A stretch of DNA of 37,702 bases, taken from contig JBGAIN010000078.1 in the NCBI GenBank assembly GCA_044225505.1, positions 1 to 37,702 of the forward strand, given 5' to 3'. Position 1 is the stretch's first letter. Each line of letters starts with the position of its first letter. The position numbers and the translations under genes were made by a program. Shown piece after piece: positions 1-9,910 of the stretch. This stretch comes from Limisphaerales bacterium. GTDB taxonomy: Bacteria; Verrucomicrobiota; Verrucomicrobiia; Limisphaerales; SIBE01. A model generated the notes under the pieces. That model was not told where the DNA came from. It ran no database searches and worked only from the letters and a program-made list of their open reading frames with translations.

Positions 1-1
1 C

Positions 2-637
2 AAAGGGGATGGGCTGCTTTACTCTCCCAACCCCTTCTTTGTGGGCTCGGATCGGTTTACTTATAAAGCGGACGACGGCGATCTGGAAAGCAACGTCGGC
101 ACGGTCTCACTTACTGTTGATGCGGCCAACCATCGGCCGGTCGCCACGAACCAGGTGATCACCGTGTTGAAAAACATGCCTTCGCCAGTTCGACTCGAGG
201 TTGTCGATCCTGATGGTGATCCCCTAAACTGCCCGATTCTGAAAGGACCCAAGAACGGGCGTGTGGCTGGCTTGGGAGCCGAGTTTGTCTACACGCCCAA
301 GCTCGATTTCACAGGCACCGACACGTTTACTTATAAAGCTTGGGATGGGCAGACTTACAGCGTGGAAGGGACCGTCACGGTCAATGTGGTCACGATACTC
401 CCGTCCGAAACCATCGATTTCTCGCAAGTTGTGCGGCAATATGACGGATTGGTTCGTCTGAGCTTGAACGTCCCCGCAAATCGAGTGGTAGAGGTGCTTG
501 TCTCGTCTGATCTCGTTCAATGGAAACCGCTGGGTATCGACCCGGTGCGCGGCGGGACCGTCGTCGTCGTCGACCCGTATTCTCTCTCCGACAGCACCCG
601 CTTTTATCGGGCGCGCTTGATCGAACAAGGGCCCTAG
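2..637 (+). CDS. 5'-truncated exported protein with tandem cadherin-like/Big_9 (Ig-like) repeats and a C-terminal verrucomicrobial-type module
   Basis: The frame is open from base 2 (KGDGLLYSPNPFFVGSDRFTYKADDG...), so the start lies upstream of the window. Two repeats of the 'Y(S/T)P..F.G.D.FTYKA.DG...GTV...V' type are present, followed by 'SSDLVQWKPL...VVVVDP...RFYRARL'. Confidence 0.8.
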   Translation, partial: KGDGLLYSPNPFFVGSDRFTYKADDGDLESNVGTVSLTVDAANHRPVATNQVITVLKNMPSPVRLEVVDPDGDPLNCPILKGPKNGRVAGLGAEFVYTPKLDFTGTDTFTYKAWDGQTYSVEGTVTVNVVTILPSETIDFSQVVRQYDGLVRLSLNVPANRVVEVLVSSDLVQWKPLGIDPVRGGTVVVVDPYSLSDSTRFYRARLIEQGP

Positions 638-711
638 TTTAGAGGCTAAGACGCAGGGGCTCCGGGATTGGCTTGTCCCCAGTTAATCAGTCGCGGTGTG
701 AACCAGCTCAG

Positions 712-1785
712 TCAGATTTTGATCCGAAACTGTTCTCCGGGCGCCAGAGAGAGCGCGAACGCAGCCATCAGTTGCGGGATTTGTTCCAAATCCGCCAGGC
801 TCACCAGCTCGACCGGGGAGTGCATGTAACGATTGGGCAAGCTGATCAGCGCGCTGGGAATGCCACCTCGGGTCCAAAAGATAGCGTCGGTATCCGTGCC
901 GGACGTCGACGAGACAGCTTCATGCTGCACGGAGATCTTCTGTTGTTCAGCGACGGATTCGAGCCGGGCGACCACTTCAGGATGGCTGGAGCCGCCATGG
1001 GTGAGAGTCGGTCCTTTGCCGATTGAAATGTCGCCATGCTGCGCCTTATTGACGGTGGGATAATCGGTCGCATGGGTGACGTCGACGACCAAGGCAACGT
1101 CCGGCTTGAGCGTGTAGGCAATTTGCCTGGCGCCGAACAAGCCGACTTCCTCCATAATGTTGGAAACCACGTTCACTTCCGCGTTTAATTTCCCTTTCTG
1201 ATCGCGCAAAAGCCGCAGCGTTTCCGCGACGGCAAACGTTCCAATCCGGTTGTCGAACGCCCGGGCGATGGCAATGTCGTTGCGGAGGAGTTCGAATTCG
1301 TCGTTTAGGGTGATGGGATCGCCAATGCGCACCAACTTCTCCACCTCTTGCTTGGACCGAACGCCGATATCAATAAAGAGATCGTGCATCTTGGGCGCTT
1401 TGCGATCCTGATCGTCGCCTTTCATTAAGTGGGGCGCGACATTCCCGACCACGCCTTTGACGGGGCCGCGCCGAGTGTGAATCGTGATGCGCTGCGCTTT
1501 CGTGATGGCCGGGTCGACGCCTCCCATGCGTTGGACGTAGATGAAGCCATTCTCGTCGATATAATTCACGGTCATGGCAATTTCGTCGGCGTGCCCGGCG
1601 AGCATCAGACGAGGAGAGCCACCTTTGTTTAGAATGGCGACGGCGTTACCGTGAGCATCCGTGAAGGTTTCATCCGCTTCTGCTCGGACGTAGTCCAGCC
1701 AAACGCGCTGCCCGCGCGCTTCATGCCCAGGCGGGCTGGGCGTATTTAGTAAGGTCCGTAGGAAATGGAGCGATTCTTCGCGCAT
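712..1785 (-). CDS. M42 family metallopeptidase (TET-like aminopeptidase)
   Basis: Motifs PSPPGHE, LAGHADEI, FIDIG, AFDNRIG, MEEVGLFGA, VDVTH, GTDTD and RYMHSPVE. Confidence 0.93.
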   Translation of the reverse strand: MREESLHFLRTLLNTPSPPGHEARGQRVWLDYVRAEADETFTDAHGNAVAILNKGGSPRLMLAGHADEIAMTVNYIDENGFIYVQRMGGVDPAITKAQRITIHTRRGPVKGVVGNVAPHLMKGDDQDRKAPKMHDLFIDIGVRSKQEVEKLVRIGDPITLNDEFELLRNDIAIARAFDNRIGTFAVAETLRLLRDQKGKLNAEVNVVSNIMEEVGLFGARQIAYTLKPDVALVVDVTHATDYPTVNKAQHGDISIGKGPTLTHGGSSHPEVVARLESVAEQQKISVQHEAVSSTSGTDTDAIFWTRGGIPSALISLPNRYMHSPVELVSLADLEQIPQLMAAFALSLAPGEQFRIKI

Positions 1786-1869
1786 GGCGGGTGACTATGG
1801 GCCACTCGAGAAGTGAAATCAAACCCAACGAATCTCGACAGGATACCGTCCCTTTGCTAGGTAGCGGAG

Positions 1870-2949
1870 ATGCGTCGAGAGTTGCTGAAAGATGTGGGGC
1901 GATTGGTTGTAAAGTTCGGCACTGGTGTCCTAACGGATAGCCGGAAGCAGCCCGATCTCGCTCAAATGGAACAGTTGGTCGCGCAAATTGCGGGGCAGCG
2001 CCGCGCTGGGCGTGAAGTTGCCATCGTCACCTCAGGCGCGGTCGGTGCGGGGATGGGTGTCCTTGGATACGCCAAGCGTCCGGCCGAACTCGCGGAACTG
2101 CAAGCGTGCGCGGCCGTGGGCCAATCACGGCTGATGGCTACCTACGAAAAGCTATTTGCACAACATGACTTGCATGTTGCGCAAGTCCTCCTCACGCACG
2201 ACGACCTGGAGCACCATGACCGGCATTTAAACGCTCGCAATACCTTGGTCACCCTGTTGCAGCGCAACCATGTCATCCCCATCATCAACGAGAACGACGC
2301 GGTGTCTGTCACCGAACTTCGCTTCGGAGATAACGATCAGCTTTCCGCTCTTGTCGCCTCGCTCTTGCCCGCTGACCTTCTTGTGATCATGACGACGGTG
2401 GATGGCGTCATGGAAAACTTTGGCAAATCGAACGCCCGTGTTCTCTCGGTCGTTGAAAACATCAGCCAGACTGTGGAACGTCTGGCCGGGGGAACCGATA
2501 GCCCGACTGCGGTTGGAGGGATGGCCTCGAAGATCCAGGCGGCCAAGATCGTGATCCGCTCCGGTATCCCACTCGTGATCGCTAGCGGACGGCGCAAAGA
2601 TCTGCTCGCCCAAATCCTGGCGGGCAAAGACGAAGGCACCATCTTTGTGCCTCGACGCGACAAGCTTAAGGGCCGCAAGCGGTGGATCGCATTTTTCCAC
2701 CGGCCGAAAGGGTCGCTCTTCGTCGACGCAGGCGCCAAGAAGGCGTTGCGCGAAGGTGGCAAAAGCCTGCTTCCTCCTGGAGTTAGCCGGTGCGAGGGGC
2801 AGTTTGCGGCCGGTGAGATTGTTCGTATCTGCGACTTGGAGGGGACGGAGTTTGCCCGCGGCATCTGCGATTTTGATTCGGATTCCATTCTCGAGAAACG
2901 TACGCCGCGGCGGGAGTTGGTGCATCGGGACAATCTTGTGATCCTCTAG
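1870..2949 (+). CDS. proB: Glutamate 5-kinase with C-terminal PUA domain
   Basis: Motifs VVKFGTGVL, VTSGAVGAG, QACAAVGQ, PIINENDAVS, FGDNDQLSA and GGMASKIQAA; PUA domain ending in ELVHRDNLVIL. Confidence 0.96.
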   Translation: MRRELLKDVGRLVVKFGTGVLTDSRKQPDLAQMEQLVAQIAGQRRAGREVAIVTSGAVGAGMGVLGYAKRPAELAELQACAAVGQSRLMATYEKLFAQHDLHVAQVLLTHDDLEHHDRHLNARNTLVTLLQRNHVIPIINENDAVSVTELRFGDNDQLSALVASLLPADLLVIMTTVDGVMENFGKSNARVLSVVENISQTVERLAGGTDSPTAVGGMASKIQAAKIVIRSGIPLVIASGRRKDLLAQILAGKDEGTIFVPRRDKLKGRKRWIAFFHRPKGSLFVDAGAKKALREGGKSLLPPGVSRCEGQFAAGEIVRICDLEGTEFARGICDFDSDSILEKRTPRRELVHRDNLVIL

Positions 2950-2992
2950 CTCACGGTTCGGCACGTACTAACGGACGCCCTCCTGACACCTC

Positions 2993-3661
2993 ATGAAACG
3001 AAAAGCTGCGATCGATGAACTCCTAGCGGTGATGGCCAAGCTCCGCGCGCCCGACGGTTGTCCCTGGGATCGGGAGCAGGACCATCGCTCCCTTCGATTT
3101 CACGCGGTAGAGGAGGTTTATGAGTTATTGGACGCGATCGAAGCTGGCGATGACCATGAGTTGGAGGAGGAACTGGGGGATCTGCTGCTCCAAGTGGTAT
3201 TTCACTGTCAATTGGCCAAAGAGCGTGGCGCTTTTGGGTTTGAGCAAGTCTGCCAGCGGATCGTTAATAAACTGGTGCATCGGCATCCCCATGTCTTTGG
3301 GACCAAGAAGCTCAAGACCGCCGACGCTGTGGTCACGCAATGGGAACAGCTAAAACGGGCTGAAAAACAGGGAACCCGCCATGAACGCGCCTCCGCTCTG
3401 GATGGGATTCCCAAGCATCTTCCCGCACTAATGCGTGCTCAGGAGCTCGTCAAGAAAGCCCGCCGTGCCAAAATAGACTTGAGTGTGTCCAAAGTGCTGA
3501 CCTCGGGCCGGCGTTCCAAGCGGGAAGTCGCGCAAGAGCTCTTTGACATCGCTGTTTGGTGTCAAGAACACGGTTGGAACGCCGAGGCATTATTGCGGAC
3601 AGAGGCAAGTCAGCGCGAACGCGTGTGGCGTCGCGCGGAACGCCGGTCGAAGCACGGATGA
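2993..3661 (+). CDS. mazG: MazG family nucleoside triphosphate pyrophosphohydrolase (second MazG domain shortened)
   Basis: Motifs LRAPDGCPWDREQ, EEVYE, EELGDLLLQVVFH, KLVHRHPHVF and LDGIPKHLPAL. Confidence 0.92.
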   Translation: MKRKAAIDELLAVMAKLRAPDGCPWDREQDHRSLRFHAVEEVYELLDAIEAGDDHELEEELGDLLLQVVFHCQLAKERGAFGFEQVCQRIVNKLVHRHPHVFGTKKLKTADAVVTQWEQLKRAEKQGTRHERASALDGIPKHLPALMRAQELVKKARRAKIDLSVSKVLTSGRRSKREVAQELFDIAVWCQEHGWNAEALLRTEASQRERVWRRAERRSKHG

Positions 3662-3836
3662 CCCAGGCCGATCGGCCATATCTCGATCCGCGATTTGCTT
3701 CGTCTTGGAGCCTCAGACCCGAATGGGCGCTGAAGCGGCTGCTGAAACAAGGGAAAATGTGGCGGAAGTGGGGTGTCCTCGCTAGAACCCGCTCGACAAT
3801 CGGCTGATCCTGGATAGCTTGCTAGCACTTCGACTT

Positions 3837-4946
3837 ATGACTGATCCGCGATACCGAAAGCTGGCAAAGTTGCTGGTGGAATACTCAACGGCCCTCCAAA
3901 AGGGGGATCGAGTGTTACTCGACATGATCGATGTGCCTGAAGAGTTCTGTGTGGAATTGATGCGTGCGGCCCGCGCTGTCGGCGCGGTTCCGCTCATCGA
4001 AATTCGGCGGACAAGGGTCAATCGGGAGATTGTCCGAGAAACGAGCGCGGAACATGCGGCGCTGCTCCGTGACATCGAAATGTTCCGGATGAAACGGATG
4101 CAAGCGTACATCGCGATTCGGGGTAGTGCAAACGCTACGGAGAATGCCGATGTCCCAAGCGAACAGCTGGCCCTCTACTCCAAGACGCTCCGGCCGGTGC
4201 TCAATTACCGCGTGAATCGGACGCGTTGGTGCGTTTTGAGATGGCCAACGCCCAGCATGGCGCAAGCCGCAGGAATGAGCACAGAGTCGTTCGAAGATCT
4301 CTATTTCAACGTCTGCACCATGGATTACGCTCGCATGGCCAAAGCCATGACGCCCCTCGAAAAACGCATGCGCATGACGGACGCCGTTCATATCAAAAGC
4401 CCTGGCACTGACCTGACGTTCAGTATCAAAGGCATCGGTGCCAAGGTGTGCAAAGGAGATCGCAACATTCCGGACGGTGAGGTGTTTTCATGTCCGGTCA
4501 AAGACTCGATTAACGGCGTCATTCAATTCAATACCCCAACGCTCTACTCTGGCACTAAATTCGAAAACGTGCGGTTGGAGTTCCAGTCCGGAAAAATCGT
4601 CAATGCCACCGCCAACCACTCGAAACGTTTGAACGAAATCCTCGATACGGATCCTGGGGCACGTTACACGGGAGAGTTTTCCCTCGGGTTCAACCCGTAT
4701 ATCGAGAATCCGATGTGCGACATCCTTTTTGATGAGAAGATCGCCGGTTCGTTACACCTGACTCCTGGTCAAGCGTATGAAGAGTGCGATAATGGGAACC
4801 GATCTGCGGTGCATTGGGACATGGTTCTGATTCAGCGTCCGGAATGGGGCGGCGGCGAGATCTGGTTTGACCAGGAACTGATCCGCAAAGACGGCAGATT
4901 CCTTCCCAAGGATCTGAAGCCGCTCAATCCCGAGAACTTGAAATAG
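3837..4946 (+). CDS. M29 family aminopeptidase (AmpS/AmpT-like)
   Basis: Motifs KLAKLLVEYS, GTDLTFSI, NIPDGEVF, GEFSLGFN, LFDEKIAGSLHLTPG and NRSAVHWDMV. The ATG at 3837 is preferred over the TTG at 3819. Confidence 0.93.
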   Translation: MTDPRYRKLAKLLVEYSTALQKGDRVLLDMIDVPEEFCVELMRAARAVGAVPLIEIRRTRVNREIVRETSAEHAALLRDIEMFRMKRMQAYIAIRGSANATENADVPSEQLALYSKTLRPVLNYRVNRTRWCVLRWPTPSMAQAAGMSTESFEDLYFNVCTMDYARMAKAMTPLEKRMRMTDAVHIKSPGTDLTFSIKGIGAKVCKGDRNIPDGEVFSCPVKDSINGVIQFNTPTLYSGTKFENVRLEFQSGKIVNATANHSKRLNEILDTDPGARYTGEFSLGFNPYIENPMCDILFDEKIAGSLHLTPGQAYEECDNGNRSAVHWDMVLIQRPEWGGGEIWFDQELIRKDGRFLPKDLKPLNPENLK

Positions 4947-4993
4947 ATTCTGACCGGCTCCTTCACGGGACCGCTCGGCCTGCTGCCGCTGCC

Positions 4994-5638
4994 ATGATTA
5001 CCGAGACTATTTCCAATCTCGCGGTCAAGATTCTCGATACCGCTGGCTACTCTGGCGCCGCCGTGCTCATGGCGCTGGAAAGCATGATCGCGCCCGTGCC
5101 CAGCGAAGCCGTCATGCCCTTCGTCGGCTTTCAGGTCGCAGACGGGAAATGGAATTTGGCCTTGGCTATCCTCGCGACCAGCATTGGCTCGATGGTGGGA
5201 TCGCTTGCCTCGTACTACATGGGCTACTATGGGGGGAAACCTTTGATTTTGAAGGTGGGAAAGTACCTGTTGCTTAATCGGCACGACCTGGAGTTGACCG
5301 AACGGTTCTTTCAACGGCGACAAGGCGTATGGACCGTTTTTATTGCCCGATTTATTCCAGTCGTGCGGCACTTTATCTCCATCCCAGCAGGCATGGGAAG
5401 GATGCCCTTGGGAAGTTTCACCTTGGTTTCAGTGATCGGCGCCACACTTTGGAACAGTTTCTTGCTCGGTTGCGGGATGAAGTTGCGAGAGCACTGGCAC
5501 GTCGTTCAGAAGTATTCGCATCAGGTGGACATCGTCATCGTGGCCGCCCTCGTCGTCGGTGGAATCTGGTTCGTGCGAGTGCGATTGCGCCGCTTGTCCG
5601 GTGCACCGGCGTCTCGCGTGTCTGCGGACAAGCTCTAA
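4994..5638 (+). CDS. DedA family membrane protein
   Basis: Motifs LMALESMIAPVPSEAVMPFVGF, GSLASYYMGYYGG and FIARFIPVVRHFISIPAG. Confidence 0.93.
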   Translation: MITETISNLAVKILDTAGYSGAAVLMALESMIAPVPSEAVMPFVGFQVADGKWNLALAILATSIGSMVGSLASYYMGYYGGKPLILKVGKYLLLNRHDLELTERFFQRRQGVWTVFIARFIPVVRHFISIPAGMGRMPLGSFTLVSVIGATLWNSFLLGCGMKLREHWHVVQKYSHQVDIVIVAALVVGGIWFVRVRLRRLSGAPASRVSADKL

Positions 5639-5670
5639 ATGGACATTACTCCCTGGGGTGGTGCGCAACG

Positions 5671-5697
5671 AAAAAGCGAGGAACTGAAGTTCCTCGC
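5671..5697 (-). terminator. Rho-independent terminator of the PRC-barrel gene (may also act on dedA)
   Basis: Perfect 9-bp stem GCGAGGAAC (5676-5684) / GTTCCTCGC (5689-5697) with a 4-nt loop. A5 at 5671-5675 gives a U-tail on the minus strand. It lies between convergent genes. Confidence 0.85.
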
Positions 5698-5726
5698 CTG
5701 ACCTCTCCTGAGTCGGCTACCTGAGG

Positions 5727-6683
5727 TTATCGAACCTCAGGCGCATCGGAGCGGATAACGCTGTGCGCATAGTAACTTCCGTTCTCTTCGTGGAAACCCA
5801 CTGAAACGGGGTAACCTACGTGAATATCCGTAAGACTCGGATTCCTGTTATCTTTCAACGTGATGGCCGGATGTTCCGTGAACTTGAATTCACGGGTTCC
5901 AGCGGGACCTTCCACCGTCATCGTTCGTGTCGTAGGATTAATCGCGGTTACTTTGCCCCGGAAGGTATTTCGCTCGCTCGGCAGCGCCGTGGTGTTATCC
6001 CGATCGACTTTAGTGCCAAGCCTCGAACTATCGTCCGTTCGGGCGGTGCTCAACGCATCGTTTTGGAGACGACGATCTGCACCTATAGGGGAGGTACCTC
6101 GGCCCGTCTCCGTCGCTGTGCCCGAGCGAATTGCACCCGATGTGCCTTGTGCCGCAGGTTCTGATAACCAGTAGGTCGACTCGGTACTCCAAGTTGGGCT
6201 GTTCACTTCGGGCCAACTGCTTTTGGCAAAGCCTGGAGCATTTTGAATCTTCGCTTTGTCGGCATTTAGGGTCAGTCGGTCTTGCTCCACGGCAACACTG
6301 AATGCGTTAACCGGAACAGCCACGTATTTATCCCCAATGCCTAGAAATCCACCTACCGATAGCACTGCGTAGGCAATCTTTCCGCTCTGGAGATCGACTA
6401 CCAGATCTTTTATTTCGCCAAGCTTTTCGTTTTGGGTGTTTCGAACGTCCATACCAATTAAACTGCTAGCTTTATTGACTTTGCTCACAGCGCCGGGGTT
6501 ATCATTCAAAGAGGCCCCATGCCGCGTGGCATCTGTTTGGAGTGTTGTTCCGGCGGTGTTCTCCCGCAACGGTGTATCACTTTGGATCGTCTGCGCTTGA
6601 GCGCCGGCCGCGAGTCCTAAGCTCAGCAGTGCGGCCGCTGTGCTGCAGCGGAATGAACTGTGTTTCATAGTTGTAGTTTTCAT
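5727..6683 (-). CDS. Exported PRC-barrel domain protein with a C-terminal OB-like beta domain
   Basis: Signal peptide (AAALLSLGLAAGAQA) and PRC-barrel signature 'KASSLIGMDVRNTQNEKLGEIKDLVVDLQSGKIAYAVLSVGGFLGIGDKYVAVP'. The start is ATG 6683 or 6668; the ORF-track extension to 6875 is not credible. Confidence 0.88.
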   Translation of the reverse strand: MKTTTMKHSSFRCSTAAALLSLGLAAGAQAQTIQSDTPLRENTAGTTLQTDATRHGASLNDNPGAVSKVNKASSLIGMDVRNTQNEKLGEIKDLVVDLQSGKIAYAVLSVGGFLGIGDKYVAVPVNAFSVAVEQDRLTLNADKAKIQNAPGFAKSSWPEVNSPTWSTESTYWLSEPAAQGTSGAIRSGTATETGRGTSPIGADRRLQNDALSTARTDDSSRLGTKVDRDNTTALPSERNTFRGKVTAINPTTRTMTVEGPAGTREFKFTEHPAITLKDNRNPSLTDIHVGYPVSVGFHEENGSYYAHSVIRSDAPEVR

Positions 6684-6904
6684 GTTTATTTCTAGGTTTA
6701 AAGAACGCACACCGGTGTACGAATTCCTAGGTATGTGAGAGCCTGTATTTCCCATCAGTACCGCTCTGACGTCACGACCGGGGACACAAGGTGAGCCGAT
6801 CCGAATTTGGCCGATTGGAGTCGCGGGACCGAGCGCGTGACAATTTGTGCACGAGTCTGGTTTTGAAGCTTTCATTCGGATGGCCAGCGCCGCATTCTGC
6901 CGTC

Positions 6905-9900
6905 ATGAATTTCCGCGGGTTAACAAGTCGAAGCATGGTCCTGGGTCTTCTGGGCTTGAGCGTGATGCATTTCGCCGTTCGGGCAGCGGTCGACGAGCCC
7001 GAGGTGGCTGCCGATGACCTGCCGCGCGTGGCGCCCATCGCGAGCGATCAGGTTTTGCAGGCTTTCCAAATCAAGGATGGCTTCCAATTAGAGCTCGTTG
7101 CTTCGGAACCCTTAGTCATGGATCCGATTGCGCTCTCGTTCGATGAGAATGGTCGCTTGTTTGTCGTCGAAATGCGCGATTACTCGGAGCGCCGAGACGA
7201 GCATTTGGGCCGGATTCGAATGTTGGAAGATACGGATGGCGACGGTCGTTTCGACAAGGCCACGGTGTTTGCTGACAACTTGGCTTGGCCGACCGCCGTC
7301 CTTTGCTACAACGGTGGAGTCTTTGTCGGATCAACACCGGACATCCTTTTCCTCAAGGATGAGGACAAAGACGGCCATGCCGACACTCGAGAAGTTTTGT
7401 TTACGGGCTTTGGCAAAGGTGTGGAGCGTCTGAATGTCCAACAATTGGTTAACAGCTTTGCCTGGGGATTAGATAATCGTGTCCACGGCGCCAACGGAGG
7501 TAACGGCGGCTCGATCTCCTCTCCGACCAAGCCCGGACAACCGGCCCTCGAACTCCGCGGTCGCGACTTCTCGTTCGATCCTCGAACCCACGAGTTAAGG
7601 GCCGAGAGCGGGGGAGGGCAATATGGCCTCACCTTTGATTCGGAGGGGCGCAAATTTGTGTGCAGCAATAGCAGTCACATTCGCGCGGTCATGTACGACA
7701 ATCGATATAGCGTGCGAAATCCTTACCTGACCATGCCTGCGCCAGCCTTGGATATTGCCATCGATGGACCCGCTGCTGAGGTCTACCGCATCAGTCCGGA
7801 GGAGCCTTGGCGTGTCATCCGCACGAAATGGCGAGTGGCCGGTTTAGTGCCGGGACCGGTTGAAGGGGGCGGCCGGGCCTCGGGCTACTTTACGAGTGCC
7901 ACCGGCATTACCGTGTATACGGGCGACGCTTGGTCTGCGGAGTATCGCGACAACGCCTTTATCGCGGATTGCGGAAGTAATCTGGTTCATCGGAAAAAAG
8001 TCGCAGTCGATGGCATCGGGTTCAAAGCGGAGAGACCGCAAGGTGAGGAGAAGGTCGAGTTTCTTGCCTCTCGCGATCTTTGGTTCAGACCAGTTCAAAT
8101 GGCGAATGCGCCTGATGGCACACTCTACGTGATCGACATGTATCGCGAAGTCATCGAGCACCCCTGGTCGTTCCCTGCCAGCATCAAGAAGCATCTCGAT
8201 CTGAATAGCGGCAACGACCGCGGTCGCATCTACCGCATCGTTCCGAAGGGATTCCGCCAGCGGCCCTTGCCGCAGCTAAGCCAGGCGAGGCCGGAGGAGT
8301 TGGTGAAGACGCTGGAGCATCCGAACGGATGGCATCGCAACACGGCCGCGCGGCTGCTCTTTGAGCGGCAGGATGTTCGAGCCATCCCTCTTTTGCGCGA
8401 AATGGCGCGATCTTCACGATCGGACCTGGCCCGATTCCAAGCTCTCTGGTGTTTGCAGGGCCTCTCGGCCTTGCGGGCTGGCGATGTGGCGGCCGGACTA
8501 TTAGACCCGGCGCCTTCCGTCCGTCGACACGCGTTGCGGTTACTCGAAGGATTGTCGGCCGCGGAGCAAACGCAGGCGACCCCGGGCGACACGCTCGACC
8601 GACTGGTAATCGATCCGAATCCCGAAGTGCGCTATCAACTCGCTTTTACTCTGGGCTCGCTTGCTCAAACCAACCAGCTGCCCCGCTTGCTCAAACTGTT
8701 TCGATCGGATGGGGACAATCTCTGGATGCGCTCTGCGGTCTTGAATACGGTCAACGCGCAGGCAGCGGCGCTTTTCGAAGCTGTGACGTCGGATCCGAGC
8801 GCGGCTGGCATGCGGAACCTGGAGACTCTGCTTAAGCCTCTGCTGACGATCGTCGGTGTTCGCAGCCAGCAAGATGAGCTAAACAGGGTCCTCACTCGTG
8901 TTCAACAATTCGAATCTTCGGAATTGGTTTGTTCGCTAGCGGCCGCGCTGGGTGAAGGGGTGCAGCGCGCGGGCACTTTCCTCTACCGCGTCTGCGATGC
9001 GCAGCGACTGGATCCGATCCTTGCGCGCGCTCGACAGACTCTGGCTGAACCTGGAGCCAAACTGGGATTGCGGCTGGCGGCAGTGCGTGTCTTGGGGCAG
9101 GGCGCGCTCGATCGCGTTCGCGAGCCATTGATGGCGGCACTCGAGCCTGAACAACCGGGAGCTCTACAACAGGCGGCGTTGGAGCGACTGGCAGCGTTTC
9201 CTGATCCGTCCGTGCCGGGGGACCTTTTGAGTCTTTGGAGCCATCTGACGCCAACGTTGCGCGCGCAAACGATCGACGCGTTGCTGCGGCGACCGGAACG
9301 TGTGCGAGCTTTGCTTTCTGGTCTGGAATCAGGAACAATTCGACACTCAGACTTGGCGGCTAACCAGGTTGAATTCCTTCGCCGTCAATCTGGGGACGAC
9401 CTTCGCGAACGTGCGGTTGCTCTCCTCGGTCAGGCACCTGCGGGAGCCCGTCAAGGGGTCATCGCGGCGCGACGCGGCGTGCTTACTCTCCCGGCCGTGG
9501 CGGCGCGCGGGCGCGACCTCTACCTGGAACGTTGTGCAACGTGCCACCGACTGGCGGGGCAGGGGCATGCTTTGGGTCCAGATTTGGAAACGGTCCGGGC
9601 CAGTGGCAAGGAGATGGTTCTGGCTAACATAATCGATCCGAACCGTGAGGTGACACCGAAGTATGTGAACTACCTCGCGGAAACACGCGAGGGAGACAGC
9701 TTCACGGGGTTGGTGGGCCTTGAGACCGAAACGAGTGTGGTTTTACGTCAAGCCAGCAGCGTTGAGGTCACGTTGCTCCGATCGACCATTCGCCAGTTCC
9801 GCAGTCTTGGACAATCCGCGATGCCTGAAGGGTTGGAGGAGGGATTATCCGACCAGAACCTGGCAGATCTGATTGAATACGTTCTGACGGCGACGCCCAG

Positions 9901-9907
9901 CCCTTAG
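6905..9907 (+). CDS. PVC-type heme-binding CxxCH protein (membrane-bound dehydrogenase-like beta-propeller, HEAT repeats, C-terminal cytochrome c)
   Basis: Signal peptide; GFQLELVASEPLVMDP, LEDTDGDGRFDK, WGLDN, WFRPV, PDGTLYVIDMYR and RGRIYRI; HEAT-like repeats; a single CATCH followed by GPDL and SAMPEGLE. Confidence 0.9.
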   Translation: MNFRGLTSRSMVLGLLGLSVMHFAVRAAVDEPEVAADDLPRVAPIASDQVLQAFQIKDGFQLELVASEPLVMDPIALSFDENGRLFVVEMRDYSERRDEHLGRIRMLEDTDGDGRFDKATVFADNLAWPTAVLCYNGGVFVGSTPDILFLKDEDKDGHADTREVLFTGFGKGVERLNVQQLVNSFAWGLDNRVHGANGGNGGSISSPTKPGQPALELRGRDFSFDPRTHELRAESGGGQYGLTFDSEGRKFVCSNSSHIRAVMYDNRYSVRNPYLTMPAPALDIAIDGPAAEVYRISPEEPWRVIRTKWRVAGLVPGPVEGGGRASGYFTSATGITVYTGDAWSAEYRDNAFIADCGSNLVHRKKVAVDGIGFKAERPQGEEKVEFLASRDLWFRPVQMANAPDGTLYVIDMYREVIEHPWSFPASIKKHLDLNSGNDRGRIYRIVPKGFRQRPLPQLSQARPEELVKTLEHPNGWHRNTAARLLFERQDVRAIPLLREMARSSRSDLARFQALWCLQGLSALRAGDVAAGLLDPAPSVRRHALRLLEGLSAAEQTQATPGDTLDRLVIDPNPEVRYQLAFTLGSLAQTNQLPRLLKLFRSDGDNLWMRSAVLNTVNAQAAALFEAVTSDPSAAGMRNLETLLKPLLTIVGVRSQQDELNRVLTRVQQFESSELVCSLAAALGEGVQRAGTFLYRVCDAQRLDPILARARQTLAEPGAKLGLRLAAVRVLGQGALDRVREPLMAALEPEQPGALQQAALERLAAFPDPSVPGDLLSLWSHLTPTLRAQTIDALLRRPERVRALLSGLESGTIRHSDLAANQVEFLRRQSGDDLRERAVALLGQAPAGARQGVIAARRGVLTLPAVAARGRDLYLERCATCHRLAGQGHALGPDLETVRASGKEMVLANIIDPNREVTPKYVNYLAETREGDSFTGLVGLETETSVVLRQASSVEVTLLRSTIRQFRSLGQSAMPEGLEEGLSDQNLADLIEYVLTATPSP

Positions 9908-9910
9908 AGA

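Noticed and set aside
3658..3807. 49-codon ORF overlapping the mazG stop (ATGA)
   Set aside because: No recognisable motif, and it runs into the probable promoter of the aminopeptidase; cannot be supported without homologues.
6684..6875. CTNCH heme-like motif in the N-terminal extension of the PRC-barrel ORF
   Set aside because: It lies upstream of the evident start and signal peptide, in the divergent promoter region, so it is probably a chance motif in untranslated sequence.
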